Assembly: GCA_041652555.1 (NCBI GenBank)
Contig: JBAZHE010000001.1
Coordinates: 66,847 to 130,846 of the forward strand
Direction of reading: 5' to 3'
From: Patescibacteria group bacterium
GTDB lineage: Bacteria > Patescibacteriota > Patescibacteriia > Patescibacteriales > WJLG01
Length of the DNA: 64,000 bases
The translations under genes and the position numbers were made by a program. This document shows, piece after piece, positions 35,034-42,920 of this stretch. Numbering within the stretch: position 1 is the stretch's first letter; each line of letters begins with the position of its first letter. The notes under the pieces were generated by a model. The model saw only the letters and a program-made list of their open reading frames with translations, did not search any database and was not told the origin of the DNA.

Positions 35034-36122
35034 ATGGAGAATTTACTAGATAAAATTAAAGCTTTGCAAGTTCGGCTGGGTGAAATCTGGCAGGTTTTAG
35101 ATTTAGAGAAATCAAGGGCGGAATTGATTGAAAAAAGAGCCTTGATGGAGGAGGAGAATTTTTGGCAGGATCAAGAGAGCGCCGTGAAAATTAGCAAAGA
35201 AGCCGAGGATTTGGATAAAGAAATAAAAAAATGGGAAAGCGTCAAGGCGGAAATTGATGATTTTTTTGATTTGATAGGCGAGGCGATTAAAGAAAAAGAT
35301 AATACTTTAGAAAAAGAAATTATTAAAAACTTAGCTGATTTGGAAAAAAGATTTGAGGACTTGGAATTTTTTGCTTTATTCTCTGGTAAGTATGACCGCA
35401 ATAATACAATTCTTTCTATACATGCCGGTACTGGCGGTGTAGATGCGCAGGATTGGGCGGAAATGTTGGAACGGATGTATTTGCGGTTTTGCGAGAAAAA
35501 AGGTTTTAACGCTGAAATTATTGATCGTAATACTGGCAATGAAGCTGGAATAAAAAGTTCTACTATAAAAATAGACGGACTATGGGCGTTTGGAAATTTA
35601 AAATCTGAAGCCGGTGTTCATCGCCTAGTGCGCATTTCACCTTTTGATGGCGAAGCTATGCGCCAAACGTCTTTTGCTTTGGTCGATGTGGTGCCGGAAT
35701 TTAATGATGTTGATGATATTGAAATAAAAGACGCTGATATAAAATTGGAAACTTATCGTTCGTCTGGAGCTGGCGGCCAAAATGTTAATAAAGTAGAAAC
35801 AGCGGTGCGCTTAATTCATATTTCAACTGGTATAATAGTTAATTGCCAAACTCAGCGTTCTCAGTATCAAAATCGTGAACTAGCGATTAAGCTTTTAAAA
35901 TCTAAATTAAAAGAAAGACAAATTGCCGAGCAGGCAGTTGAACAAAAAGAAGCACGCGGCGAAGTTCAGCGCGCCGATTGGGGAAGGCAGATTCGTTCTT
36001 ATGTTTTGCAACCATATCAAATGATTAAGGATCATCGCACTGAAGCCGAGACTTCCGATGTTAAGCGAGTTTTGGATGGCGAGATTGATATGTTTATAGA
36101 AGCGTATTTAAAAATGAAATAA
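35034..36122 (+). CDS. prfB: Peptide chain release factor 2 (single ORF, no programmed frameshift)
   Basis: SPF tripeptide (RISPFD) and GGQ ([10 protein letters not shown]). The full N-terminus lies in the same frame. Confidence 0.93.
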   Translation: MENLLDKIKALQVRLGEIWQVLDLEKSRAELIEKRALMEEENFWQDQESAVKISKEAEDLDKEIKKWESVKAEIDDFFDLIGEAIKEKDNTLEKEIIKNLADLEKRFEDLEFFALFSGKYDRNNTILSIHAGTGGVDAQDWAEMLERMYLRFCEKKGFNAEIIDRNTGNEAGIKSSTIKIDGLWAFGNLKSEAGVHRLVRISPFDGEAMRQTSFALVDVVPEFNDVDDIEIKDADIKLETYRSSGAGGQNVNKVETAVRLIHISTGIIVNCQTQRSQYQNRELAIKLLKSKLKERQIAEQAVEQKEARGEVQRADWGRQIRSYVLQPYQMIKDHRTEAETSDVKRVLDGEIDMFIEAYLKMK

Positions 36123-36127
36123 GAAAT

Positions 36128-36228
36128 AATTTTGAATTTTCAATTTTGAAATAAATCTAAATTTTATAATTTTAAAAATTAAGAAATTAGAAAATTATTT
36201 CAAAATTGAAAATTGAAAATTCAAAATT
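36128..36228. repeat. A/T-only long inverted repeat built from TTTTGAA/TTGAAAA heptamers
   Basis: aattttgaattttcaattttgaaataa ... ttatttcaaaattgaaaattgaaaattcaaaatt. The loop carries TATAAT. Confidence 0.75.
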
Positions 36229-36229
36229 A

Positions 36230-37795
36230 ATGAAAAGGAGGTGGATAATATTTTTTTCTTGCTGGTCGTTTGCCTTGGGTATTGCTATCGCCTCATTTTT
36301 ACCGCAAAGATTTTTGCTGTTTGATATATATTTTTTTGCCATCGCTATAATTTTTGGTTTAGTCGCGTTTTTAATTCCCTCTAAAAAGAGGGGTGGCGCA
36401 GTACTCTGCGACGGGGTGTGTCGTGTTAAGAATCAAAGCAATTTCAAGCGAGTCGTTTTGTTATTGCTGGCTTTTTTGTTTTTGGGAATTTGGCGTTTAG
36501 CTATTTCTTTTCCTGATAATTCGCCAGATAAAATTTGGTATTATAACGGAGAGAATTTAGAAATTACCGGCATTGTTGCGAGTGAGCCGGTTAATAAAGA
36601 AAAAACTCAGCGTCTGGAAATAAATGTTTTAAATATTAATCCCCCTCTAGAAAGAGGGGTGCCCGTACTCGGGCGGGGTGTGTCGAGCGTTACCAACAAA
36701 GCTGTTTCAGGAAGTATTCTCGTCTCCGTGCCAATTTATCCTGAATATTTTTACAGCGATGTTATAAAATTTCAATGCGAAATAAAGTCGCCCGGCGTGA
36801 TTGAAGATTTTGATTATGGTCGTTATCTCGCAGCAAAAAATATTTACTCAGTTTGCTATAGTCCTAAATTAATTTTATCTTATAAAGAAGGGGTGGAAAA
36901 AGGCGTGGGGCTAAACATAAAAAAATCTTTACCTTTGGAGTTTATTTGGCGTCCGATATTTTCTTTGCGCAAATTTTTTCGTTCCACTATTGAATTGGGT
37001 TTAAAAGAACCCGAGGCCGGATTAGTAAAAGCTTTTATTTTAGGCGACTCCACTGCCATTCCGGACGAGCTTAATAATTCTTTCCGTCAAAGCGGTCTTT
37101 CGCATATTGTGGCGATTTCCGGAACGCATATCACTCTAATGGTTGGAATGTTTTTCTTTTTATTGTTGGGAATAAATTTAAAACGACGCCAAGCTTTTTA
37201 TTTATCAATTCCCTTAATAATTTTTTATATCACCCTGGCTGGTTCGCCAGCTTCGGCAGTGCGTTCGGGGGTGATGGGATTTTTGGTTCTTTTGGCTTTG
37301 CATGTTGGACGCCTGAATCGTTTAGATTATTCTCTAGTTTTGTCTGGCGCAGTTATGCTTTTGGTTAATCCGAAATATTTAATTGCTGATGCCGGATTCC
37401 AGCTATCATTTTTGGCAGTTTTGAGCATGGCTTATTTGTACCCATTTTTTGATAATCGTCTTAAACCTTTTTATGAAAAAGCCCCTAAGAAAATTAGGGG
37501 AGTGGTAAAAGTTATTTGTCAAGCCTTTGCCTTAACAATCGCCGCGCAAATATTTACTTTGCCGATTTTAATTTTTAGTTTTCGCCAAATTTCTTTTATC
37601 GCACCATTTTCAAATATTTTAGTTCTTTGGATTTCTCCATTTTTAATGGGTGGAGCGTTTATCGGCATCGGTTTGTCTTTACTAATTCCTGTCGTCGCTC
37701 CATTTTTCTTTCTACCGACCGGACTAGTGGCTAAATATTTAATAGCTGTAGCCGAAATTTGTGCCACACTACCTTTCGCGTATTGGAAGTTTTAG
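36230..37795 (+). CDS. comEC: ComEC/Rec2-family competence membrane protein
   Basis: Multi-TM protein with the motif QSGLSHIVAISGTHITLM. ATG at 36230 (the ORF-track TTG is at 36206). Carries two in-frame REP-like inserts. Confidence 0.85.
   Translation: MKRRWIIFFSCWSFALGIAIASFLPQRFLLFDIYFFAIAIIFGLVAFLIPSKKRGGAVLCDGVCRVKNQSNFKRVVLLLLAFLFLGIWRLAISFPDNSPDKIWYYNGENLEITGIVASEPVNKEKTQRLEINVLNINPPLERGVPVLGRGVSSVTNKAVSGSILVSVPIYPEYFYSDVIKFQCEIKSPGVIEDFDYGRYLAAKNIYSVCYSPKLILSYKEGVEKGVGLNIKKSLPLEFIWRPIFSLRKFFRSTIELGLKEPEAGLVKAFILGDSTAIPDELNNSFRQSGLSHIVAISGTHITLMVGMFFFLLLGINLKRRQAFYLSIPLIIFYITLAGSPASAVRSGVMGFLVLLALHVGRLNRLDYSLVLSGAVMLLVNPKYLIADAGFQLSFLAVLSMAYLYPFFDNRLKPFYEKAPKKIRGVVKVICQAFALTIAAQIFTLPILIFSFRQISFIAPFSNILVLWISPFLMGGAFIGIGLSLLIPVVAPFFFLPTGLVAKYLIAVAEICATLPFAYWKF
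36373..36423 (+). repeat. REP-like element R1, in-frame inside comEC
   Basis: ccctct-aaaa-agaggg, then cgcag-tact-ctgcg, then acggggtgtgtcg. Translated as PSKKRGGAVLCDGVCR. Confidence 0.75.
36638..36685 (+). repeat. REP-like element R2, in-frame inside comEC
   Basis: cccctct-agaa-agagggg, then gcccg-tact-cgggc, then ggggtgtgtcg. Translated as PPLERGVPVLGRGVS. Confidence 0.8.
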
Positions 37796-37844
37796 TAAGT
37801 TTTGTCAAATAGGCAAAAAGACATAGAAAAGGTATAATTTATAT

Positions 37845-39335
37845 ATGATTTATGTTAATAAATTTAGAATAATTTGGATAATTGCTTTAACAGCCATGGT
37901 TTTTGTTTTGGCCTGGTTAAAAATCGTTCCGACCGGTAAAATTACCTATTTTAATAATAGCGACTTTATTAGTAATTTAACGCCAGTTGAGAGAATGAAT
38001 GTTGATAAAATTATTGGTGACCCTGTTTATTTTACTTTGCGTGTGCCTCGTCGTTTTGAGAGCGCTAAGTTGACTATAAAATTTAAAAATGAAAGTGCTT
38101 TGCCAATTATAGAAGCTGGGGTTTTGATTGATAAAAAAGTTTGGAACTATGATTTAAAGCCTTTGGACAATTCTATTTTGGATAATTTGATAGGTAAATG
38201 GAATTCTGTTCGCTCTGGAGATTTGCTTTTATTGCAGAGAGAGAAAAAGTTTAAAAGTGTAGAAGAATTTTTGAAAAATCCGCCAGTGAGTGATAAAATC
38301 GCTGCTTATAATTATTCTCTAGAACAAAATTTTTTATTACCAGATTATAAAACTTCAAAAGAAGAAATGACTTTGTGTCGTCCGCTTCAGGGTGCTTATC
38401 AATTTTATACATATATTAAGGATGAAGATTTGTCGTTTGATTTTGCTTTACAGGATTTGAATAAAAATGATGACGAAGATATAGTTGACGCTTTGGTTTA
38501 TTATAAGGATCAAGAAATATACAAAGAAACCTTACCAGATAATAATAGTAATAGTAGAAATTTAAAATTATTTTTAACCAATTTGCCAGAGGGAGTTTAT
38601 AAAATAAGTTTGCGCGCCAATAATGATATTGTGACGCGCACAATAACTACGTCACAATCAAAAATTACTTTTATAAATAAAGTCGCCTTGGCTGATACGC
38701 CCGAAGTTTCGTGCGGTCGAAATTTGTTTACCAATAGCCGAGTGGCGCAATTTCAAACAATTTTATCCAATAAGCTCGGACAAATTAAAATTACCCAGGC
38801 AATTAAATCCCCTCTAGAAAGAGGGGTGCATCAGTACTCTGAGGCGGGGTGTGTCGGCGTCTGCACACAGCAAGAAGTTAATTTGAACGAAACCTATAAA
38901 CTTTTTTCTACTGGATGCCAGAACAGGGCAGTGCCCTGTTCCTACGAGACCTTACCGTCATTTTCTGAAATTATTATGCCATCTGACGGGATAACTGTAA
39001 CTGGCGACGGTTTATTTTCTTTTTCCCTTGAACAATTTTTTAATCCGGAAATAAAAAAAGTTGACGAGAATTTTGATCCTGACCGAGAAGATGTAGATTT
39101 TATTATTGCTAAATATACACCACCAACACTCGATGGTGAATGGAAGATTGCCACCGCTGATTTTGATTTAACAAACGCTTATAAAGAATTTAATAAACAT
39201 AGTTTTTTGATTTCTATTCCAGGACTCCGCGCTGAAGATGGAACTTTGGATGGAGTAGAAGTTGGAGAGGTTAAAATTGAGCTATCTGGAGTAAGTTTGT
39301 TTGATAAAATATTTAAAATGATAAATGATAAATGA
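37845..39335 (+). CDS. Membrane-anchored hypothetical protein (496 aa)
   Basis: N-terminal TM segment and a long extracytoplasmic region. Carries the in-frame REP-like insert R3. Confidence 0.65.
   Translation: MIYVNKFRIIWIIALTAMVFVLAWLKIVPTGKITYFNNSDFISNLTPVERMNVDKIIGDPVYFTLRVPRRFESAKLTIKFKNESALPIIEAGVLIDKKVWNYDLKPLDNSILDNLIGKWNSVRSGDLLLLQREKKFKSVEEFLKNPPVSDKIAAYNYSLEQNFLLPDYKTSKEEMTLCRPLQGAYQFYTYIKDEDLSFDFALQDLNKNDDEDIVDALVYYKDQEIYKETLPDNNSNSRNLKLFLTNLPEGVYKISLRANNDIVTRTITTSQSKITFINKVALADTPEVSCGRNLFTNSRVAQFQTILSNKLGQIKITQAIKSPLERGVHQYSEAGCVGVCTQQEVNLNETYKLFSTGCQNRAVPCSYETLPSFSEIIMPSDGITVTGDGLFSFSLEQFFNPEIKKVDENFDPDREDVDFIIAKYTPPTLDGEWKIATADFDLTNAYKEFNKHSFLISIPGLRAEDGTLDGVEVGEVKIELSGVSLFDKIFKMINDK
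38806..38856 (+). repeat. REP-like element R3, in-frame inside the 37845 gene
   Basis: aatcccctctagaaagaggggtgcatcagtactctgaggcggggtgtgtcg. Translated as SPLERGVHQYSEAGCV. Confidence 0.8.
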
Positions 39336-39340
39336 TAAAT
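39316..39340. repeat. Tandem heptamer (AAATGAT)x3
   Basis: aaatgataaatgataaatgataaat. Spans the stop of the 37845 gene and the ATG of the 39325 ORF. Confidence 0.8.
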
Positions 39341-39525
39341 TAGGGAGTATATTTAAAGAATTATTTTATGCTTTAACTGTTTTCTTGGTGGTTTTAGCGG
39401 TTTTAGAGTTGCTTTTTTCTCGGATGGTGTTGGCTTATATTAATTTAAGCTATTTGTTGCTCGTCTGGCTGATAATTGGTATAATTTTATTAGTAATATC
39501 AAAGAAAAAGTTGTCATCCCCGTGA
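39325..39525 (+). CDS. Small two-TM membrane protein (hypothetical)
   Basis: 66-aa ORF with two hydrophobic helices. Its last codons run into repeat element (c). Confidence 0.4.
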   Translation: MINDKLGSIFKELFYALTVFLVVLAVLELLFSRMVLAYINLSYLLLVWLIIGIILLVISKKKLSSP

Positions 39526-39594
39526 AAACGGGGATCCAGAATTTTTTACAGCAACGCTCGAACACTGGATTCCCGCCTACGCGGGAATGACACA
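39512..39594. repeat. dRS3/NIME-like element, copy (c)
   Basis: tgtcatCCCCGtgaaaaCGGGGatccag - 27 nt - ctggatTCCCGCctacGCGGGAatgaca. Confidence 0.85.
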
Positions 39595-39671
39595 AGAGAG
39601 AAAAGAAAAAATAAAAAAGCGCTGAAAACTCGGGGAGAGTTCAGCGCTAAGGGAAACTTTGAGGAGTGCCG

Positions 39672-40124
39672 TTATTTTTTATCCAATTGTCTATTGGTGT
39701 TTAAAAATTTGTATTTAATTTTTTTTCCAAGATAAACGGAAAAAAATAAGACGCAAATTAAGATTGTTAAAAAAATGCCCATTTTAATTTTTGTAGCAAA
39801 ATTATAGCATTTTTCTACAAGTAGAAAAATCGTTAAAAATGCAGCAGTATTTAAAAAAATACCTTCATTTAAAGATGGCAAGGCTTGTTCTGGAGGTTCT
39901 TTTTTTGAGCCGAAACCTAAACCACTGAGGAATAAAATAAATGCACTCCCTATTAATATAAGCATTAAAACAATAGCCTTATATTGAAGGTTGGAATGCA
40001 GAAAGTTCGTGATTTCTGGTTGAGATAGACGGACGATTGCGGAAAGAAGTAATCCTAAAATTGCACCAAACATAATCGACGCAAAGAAGTCTGCTAGATC
40101 AAATGATTTTTTTGAACTTTTCAT
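39672..40124 (-). CDS. Membrane hypothetical protein
   Basis: 150-aa ORF with 4 hydrophobic helices. Confidence 0.6.
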   Translation of the reverse strand: MKSSKKSFDLADFFASIMFGAILGLLLSAIVRLSQPEITNFLHSNLQYKAIVLMLILIGSAFILFLSGLGFGSKKEPPEQALPSLNEGIFLNTAAFLTIFLLVEKCYNFATKIKMGIFLTILICVLFFSVYLGKKIKYKFLNTNRQLDKK

Positions 40125-40203
40125 TTTTTACCTCCCTTATTTGATTGTTAAAGACCGTAAAGATACTATATTTATACCGTATTTTATTAACTTTGTCAAT
40201 ATT

Positions 40204-42171
40204 ATGTCAAAAAAAACGCTAAAAATACCCACTTTCGCTAAAGCTATGGCGGGCAAGACTAAAAAGAAGAGTGTTAATCAGGAGTTAACTGATGTTTTGT
40301 TAGCTTCTAAGAAGGTTTATAAGCCGTCTAAGAAGGTTGTGGCGGAGGCGGCGGTTAAAGACTGGGAAAAGGCTAGACGTGAGGCTGATAAAGATCCTTT
40401 GAAATATTGGGAAGAGGCAGCTCGCGATTTAGTTTGGTTTAAGCCATGGACTCAGGTTTTAGATAAATCACAAAAGCCGTTTTATAAATGGTTTATTGGT
40501 GGCAAAACAAATCTCGCCTATAATGCTGTTGACCGCTGGCTTAATACGCCGAAAGAAAATCAAGTAGCGATTATGTCTGAGGATGAAACCGGTCGCGCTC
40601 GTAAATTTACTTACAAAGAAATTTCTCGTGAAATTAATAAAACCGTTAATGCTTTAAAAAATATTGGTGTGAAAAAGGGCGACAGAGTGGCAATTTATAT
40701 GCCAAACATTCCAGAAATTGCTTTTGCGATGTTGGCTTGCGCAAAAATTGGTGCGATGCATTCTGTGGTTTATGCCGGTTATAGCGCCACCGCTTTAAAA
40801 GATAGAATTCAAGATGCTAGCGCTAAAGTTGTTTTTACTGCTGATGGTTCTTTGCGTCGCGGTAAGGTTATTAATTTGAAATCAGTTGTAGACGAAGCAG
40901 TTAAAGATTGTTCATCCGTAGAAAAAATAATTGTTGTTAAGAATAATAATCAAGAAGTAGCTTTTAATAGTAAAAAAGATATCTGGTATCACGATTTTAT
41001 CAAGGATCAATCAGATGAGGCTGTCTGCGAGGCGATGGATAGTGAGGATCCGGCTTTTGTTCTCTATACTTCTGGTACAACTTCTAAGCCAAAAGGCGTA
41101 GTGCACGTTCACGGTGGTTATCCAGTTGGAGTTTTGCGCACAATGAAATGGGTTTGGGACGTGAAAGAGACTGATATTTTTTGGTGTACGGCTGACCCTG
41201 GTTGGATTACCGGACATTCATATATTATATACGGACCATTGCTTGCTGGCGTAACTACTCTGATGTATGAAGGCACGCCGGATTTTCCAGAACAAGATCA
41301 TATTTGGAAATTAGTTGAAAAATATAAAATTACTATTCTTTATACCGCACCGACCTTGATTCGTGCGATGATGAGCATGGGCGACGAATTACCTGACAAA
41401 CATCTAATGGAAAGTTTGCGTCTTTTGGGCTCGGTTGGTGAGCCAATAAATCCTGAAGCTTGGCGCTGGTATTTTAAGCATATCGGCAAAGGACAGTGCC
41501 CAATTATGGATACTTGGTGGCAAACAGAAACAGGTTGCAATATGTTAACTCCTTTACCAAGCGCACCTTTAAAAGCTGGTTCAGCTACAAAACCATTCCC
41601 AGGAATTGAAGCCGATATCTACGGTATGAATGGCAAAAAAGTTCCTGTTGGCAAAGGCGGTTATTTAGTTATTAAAAATCCTTGGCCATCAATGATTCGC
41701 ACAGTTTTTAATGCCCCGGAAAGATATTTAAAAACTTACTGGAAACAAATTAAAGGAGTTTATTTCACCGGTGATATTGGTTTTAAGGATAAAGATGGTT
41801 ATTTCTTTATTCAAGGTCGTACTGATGATATGTTAAAAATTGCCGGACATAGAATTGGTACTGCCGAAGTTGAGTCAGCCTTCGTGGCCCATCCTTCAGT
41901 GGCTGAATGTGGTGTTATCGGCGTGCCTGATGCTATCAAAGGCGAAACCATTAAAGCTTTTTGTATTTTGAAAAAGGGGATTATCGGCAGTGATGAATTA
42001 AAAGCTGAATTAAAAATGCACGTCCGCAAAACTATCGGGCCGGTTGCAGTTATGAGCGGAATAGAATTTGTAGAAACCCTACCAAAAACCCGTTCCGGAA
42101 AAATAATGCGTCGCGTCTTAAAAGCTAAAGAATTGGGCTTGCCATTAGGAGATACCTCAGCCCTGATTTAA
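40204..42171 (+). CDS. acs: Acetyl-CoA synthetase (AMP-forming)
   Basis: YTSGTTSKPKG AMP-binding motif, WWQTETG, and C-terminal PKTRSGKIMRR with the regulatory Lys. ATG at 40204. Confidence 0.93.
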   Translation: MSKKTLKIPTFAKAMAGKTKKKSVNQELTDVLLASKKVYKPSKKVVAEAAVKDWEKARREADKDPLKYWEEAARDLVWFKPWTQVLDKSQKPFYKWFIGGKTNLAYNAVDRWLNTPKENQVAIMSEDETGRARKFTYKEISREINKTVNALKNIGVKKGDRVAIYMPNIPEIAFAMLACAKIGAMHSVVYAGYSATALKDRIQDASAKVVFTADGSLRRGKVINLKSVVDEAVKDCSSVEKIIVVKNNNQEVAFNSKKDIWYHDFIKDQSDEAVCEAMDSEDPAFVLYTSGTTSKPKGVVHVHGGYPVGVLRTMKWVWDVKETDIFWCTADPGWITGHSYIIYGPLLAGVTTLMYEGTPDFPEQDHIWKLVEKYKITILYTAPTLIRAMMSMGDELPDKHLMESLRLLGSVGEPINPEAWRWYFKHIGKGQCPIMDTWWQTETGCNMLTPLPSAPLKAGSATKPFPGIEADIYGMNGKKVPVGKGGYLVIKNPWPSMIRTVFNAPERYLKTYWKQIKGVYFTGDIGFKDKDGYFFIQGRTDDMLKIAGHRIGTAEVESAFVAHPSVAECGVIGVPDAIKGETIKAFCILKKGIIGSDELKAELKMHVRKTIGPVAVMSGIEFVETLPKTRSGKIMRRVLKAKELGLPLGDTSALI

Positions 42172-42180
42172 TAATGTATT

Positions 42181-42244
42181 AATCCCCTCTATGTGGGGGT
42201 GCCATAGTCCCTGTACTCAGGGCTGTGGCACCCAGGTGCAAGTG
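42181..42244 (+). repeat. REP-like hairpin R4, left flank of the RAYT pseudogene
   Basis: aatcccctctatgtgggggtgccatagtccctgtactcagggctgtggcaccc... Confidence 0.8.
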
Positions 42245-42258
42245 TTTAAAAAAAAGTT

Positions 42259-42804
42259 ATGCCACCACTAAGGATAAATATTGAAAACGAGAATTCTTTG
42301 CATTTTTTGACGCTGACTATTATTGAGTGGATAGATATTTTTACTAAGCCACAATATTTTGATATTATTATTGACAGTTTGAAATATTGTCGAGAAAATA
42401 AAGGCTTAAAATTATTTGAATTCGTTATTCTAGCTAATCATTTGCATTTAATTGTTAAAGCTAAAGAGGGCTATAAATTATCGCAAATAGTTAGCGATTT
42501 TAAAAAATACACTACGAGAGAAATTCTGAAAGCTTTGCAGGTGGACAATAGGAGATATATTTTAAATTTAATTAAAAATAGTTTTTCCAGAAAAAAAGAT
42601 TACGAAAATCAAATTTAGCAAAGAGAAAATTATCCAGAAATGATTAGTTCGGAAAAATTTTTGCAAGAAAAGATAAAATATATTCATAATAATCCAGTAA
42701 AGAAAAATTATGTTTGCTTGCCGGAGTATTGGTATTATTCTTCGGCTAGAAATGATATATTAAACGATAATAGTTTAATTGAGCTTGATAATCTTTGGGC
42801 GTAG
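42259..42804 (+). pseudogene. REP-associated tyrosine transposase (RAYT / IS200-like Y1 HUH transposase) with an in-frame TAG
   Basis: HUH motif NHLHLIV, FKKYTTREI, YIHNNPVKK...YWYYSSA. TAG at 42616..42618 sits where homologs have the W of xWQR. Confidence 0.8.
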
Positions 42805-42815
42805 TACTGAGATTT

Positions 42816-42866
42816 GCAAATAGGGTGCCACAGCCTTGAGTACCGGGACTATGGCACCCCCAAGTA
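42816..42866 (-). repeat. REP-like hairpin R5, right flank of the RAYT pseudogene, inverted relative to R4
   Basis: The reverse complement reads tgggggtgccatagtcccggtactcaaggctgtggcaccc. Confidence 0.8.
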
Positions 42867-42920
42867 AAGATAATTTTAATATTAGCGTTACGAATTATGC
42901 GTTGCGCGTTATAAGAATAT

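Noticed and set aside
35034-35130. Programmed +1 frameshift site expected in prfB
   Set aside because: The whole RF2 N-terminus is in one frame with no in-frame TGA near codon 25. The gene is simply unframeshifted. The presence of RF2 argues for the standard code rather than a UGA-recoded lineage.
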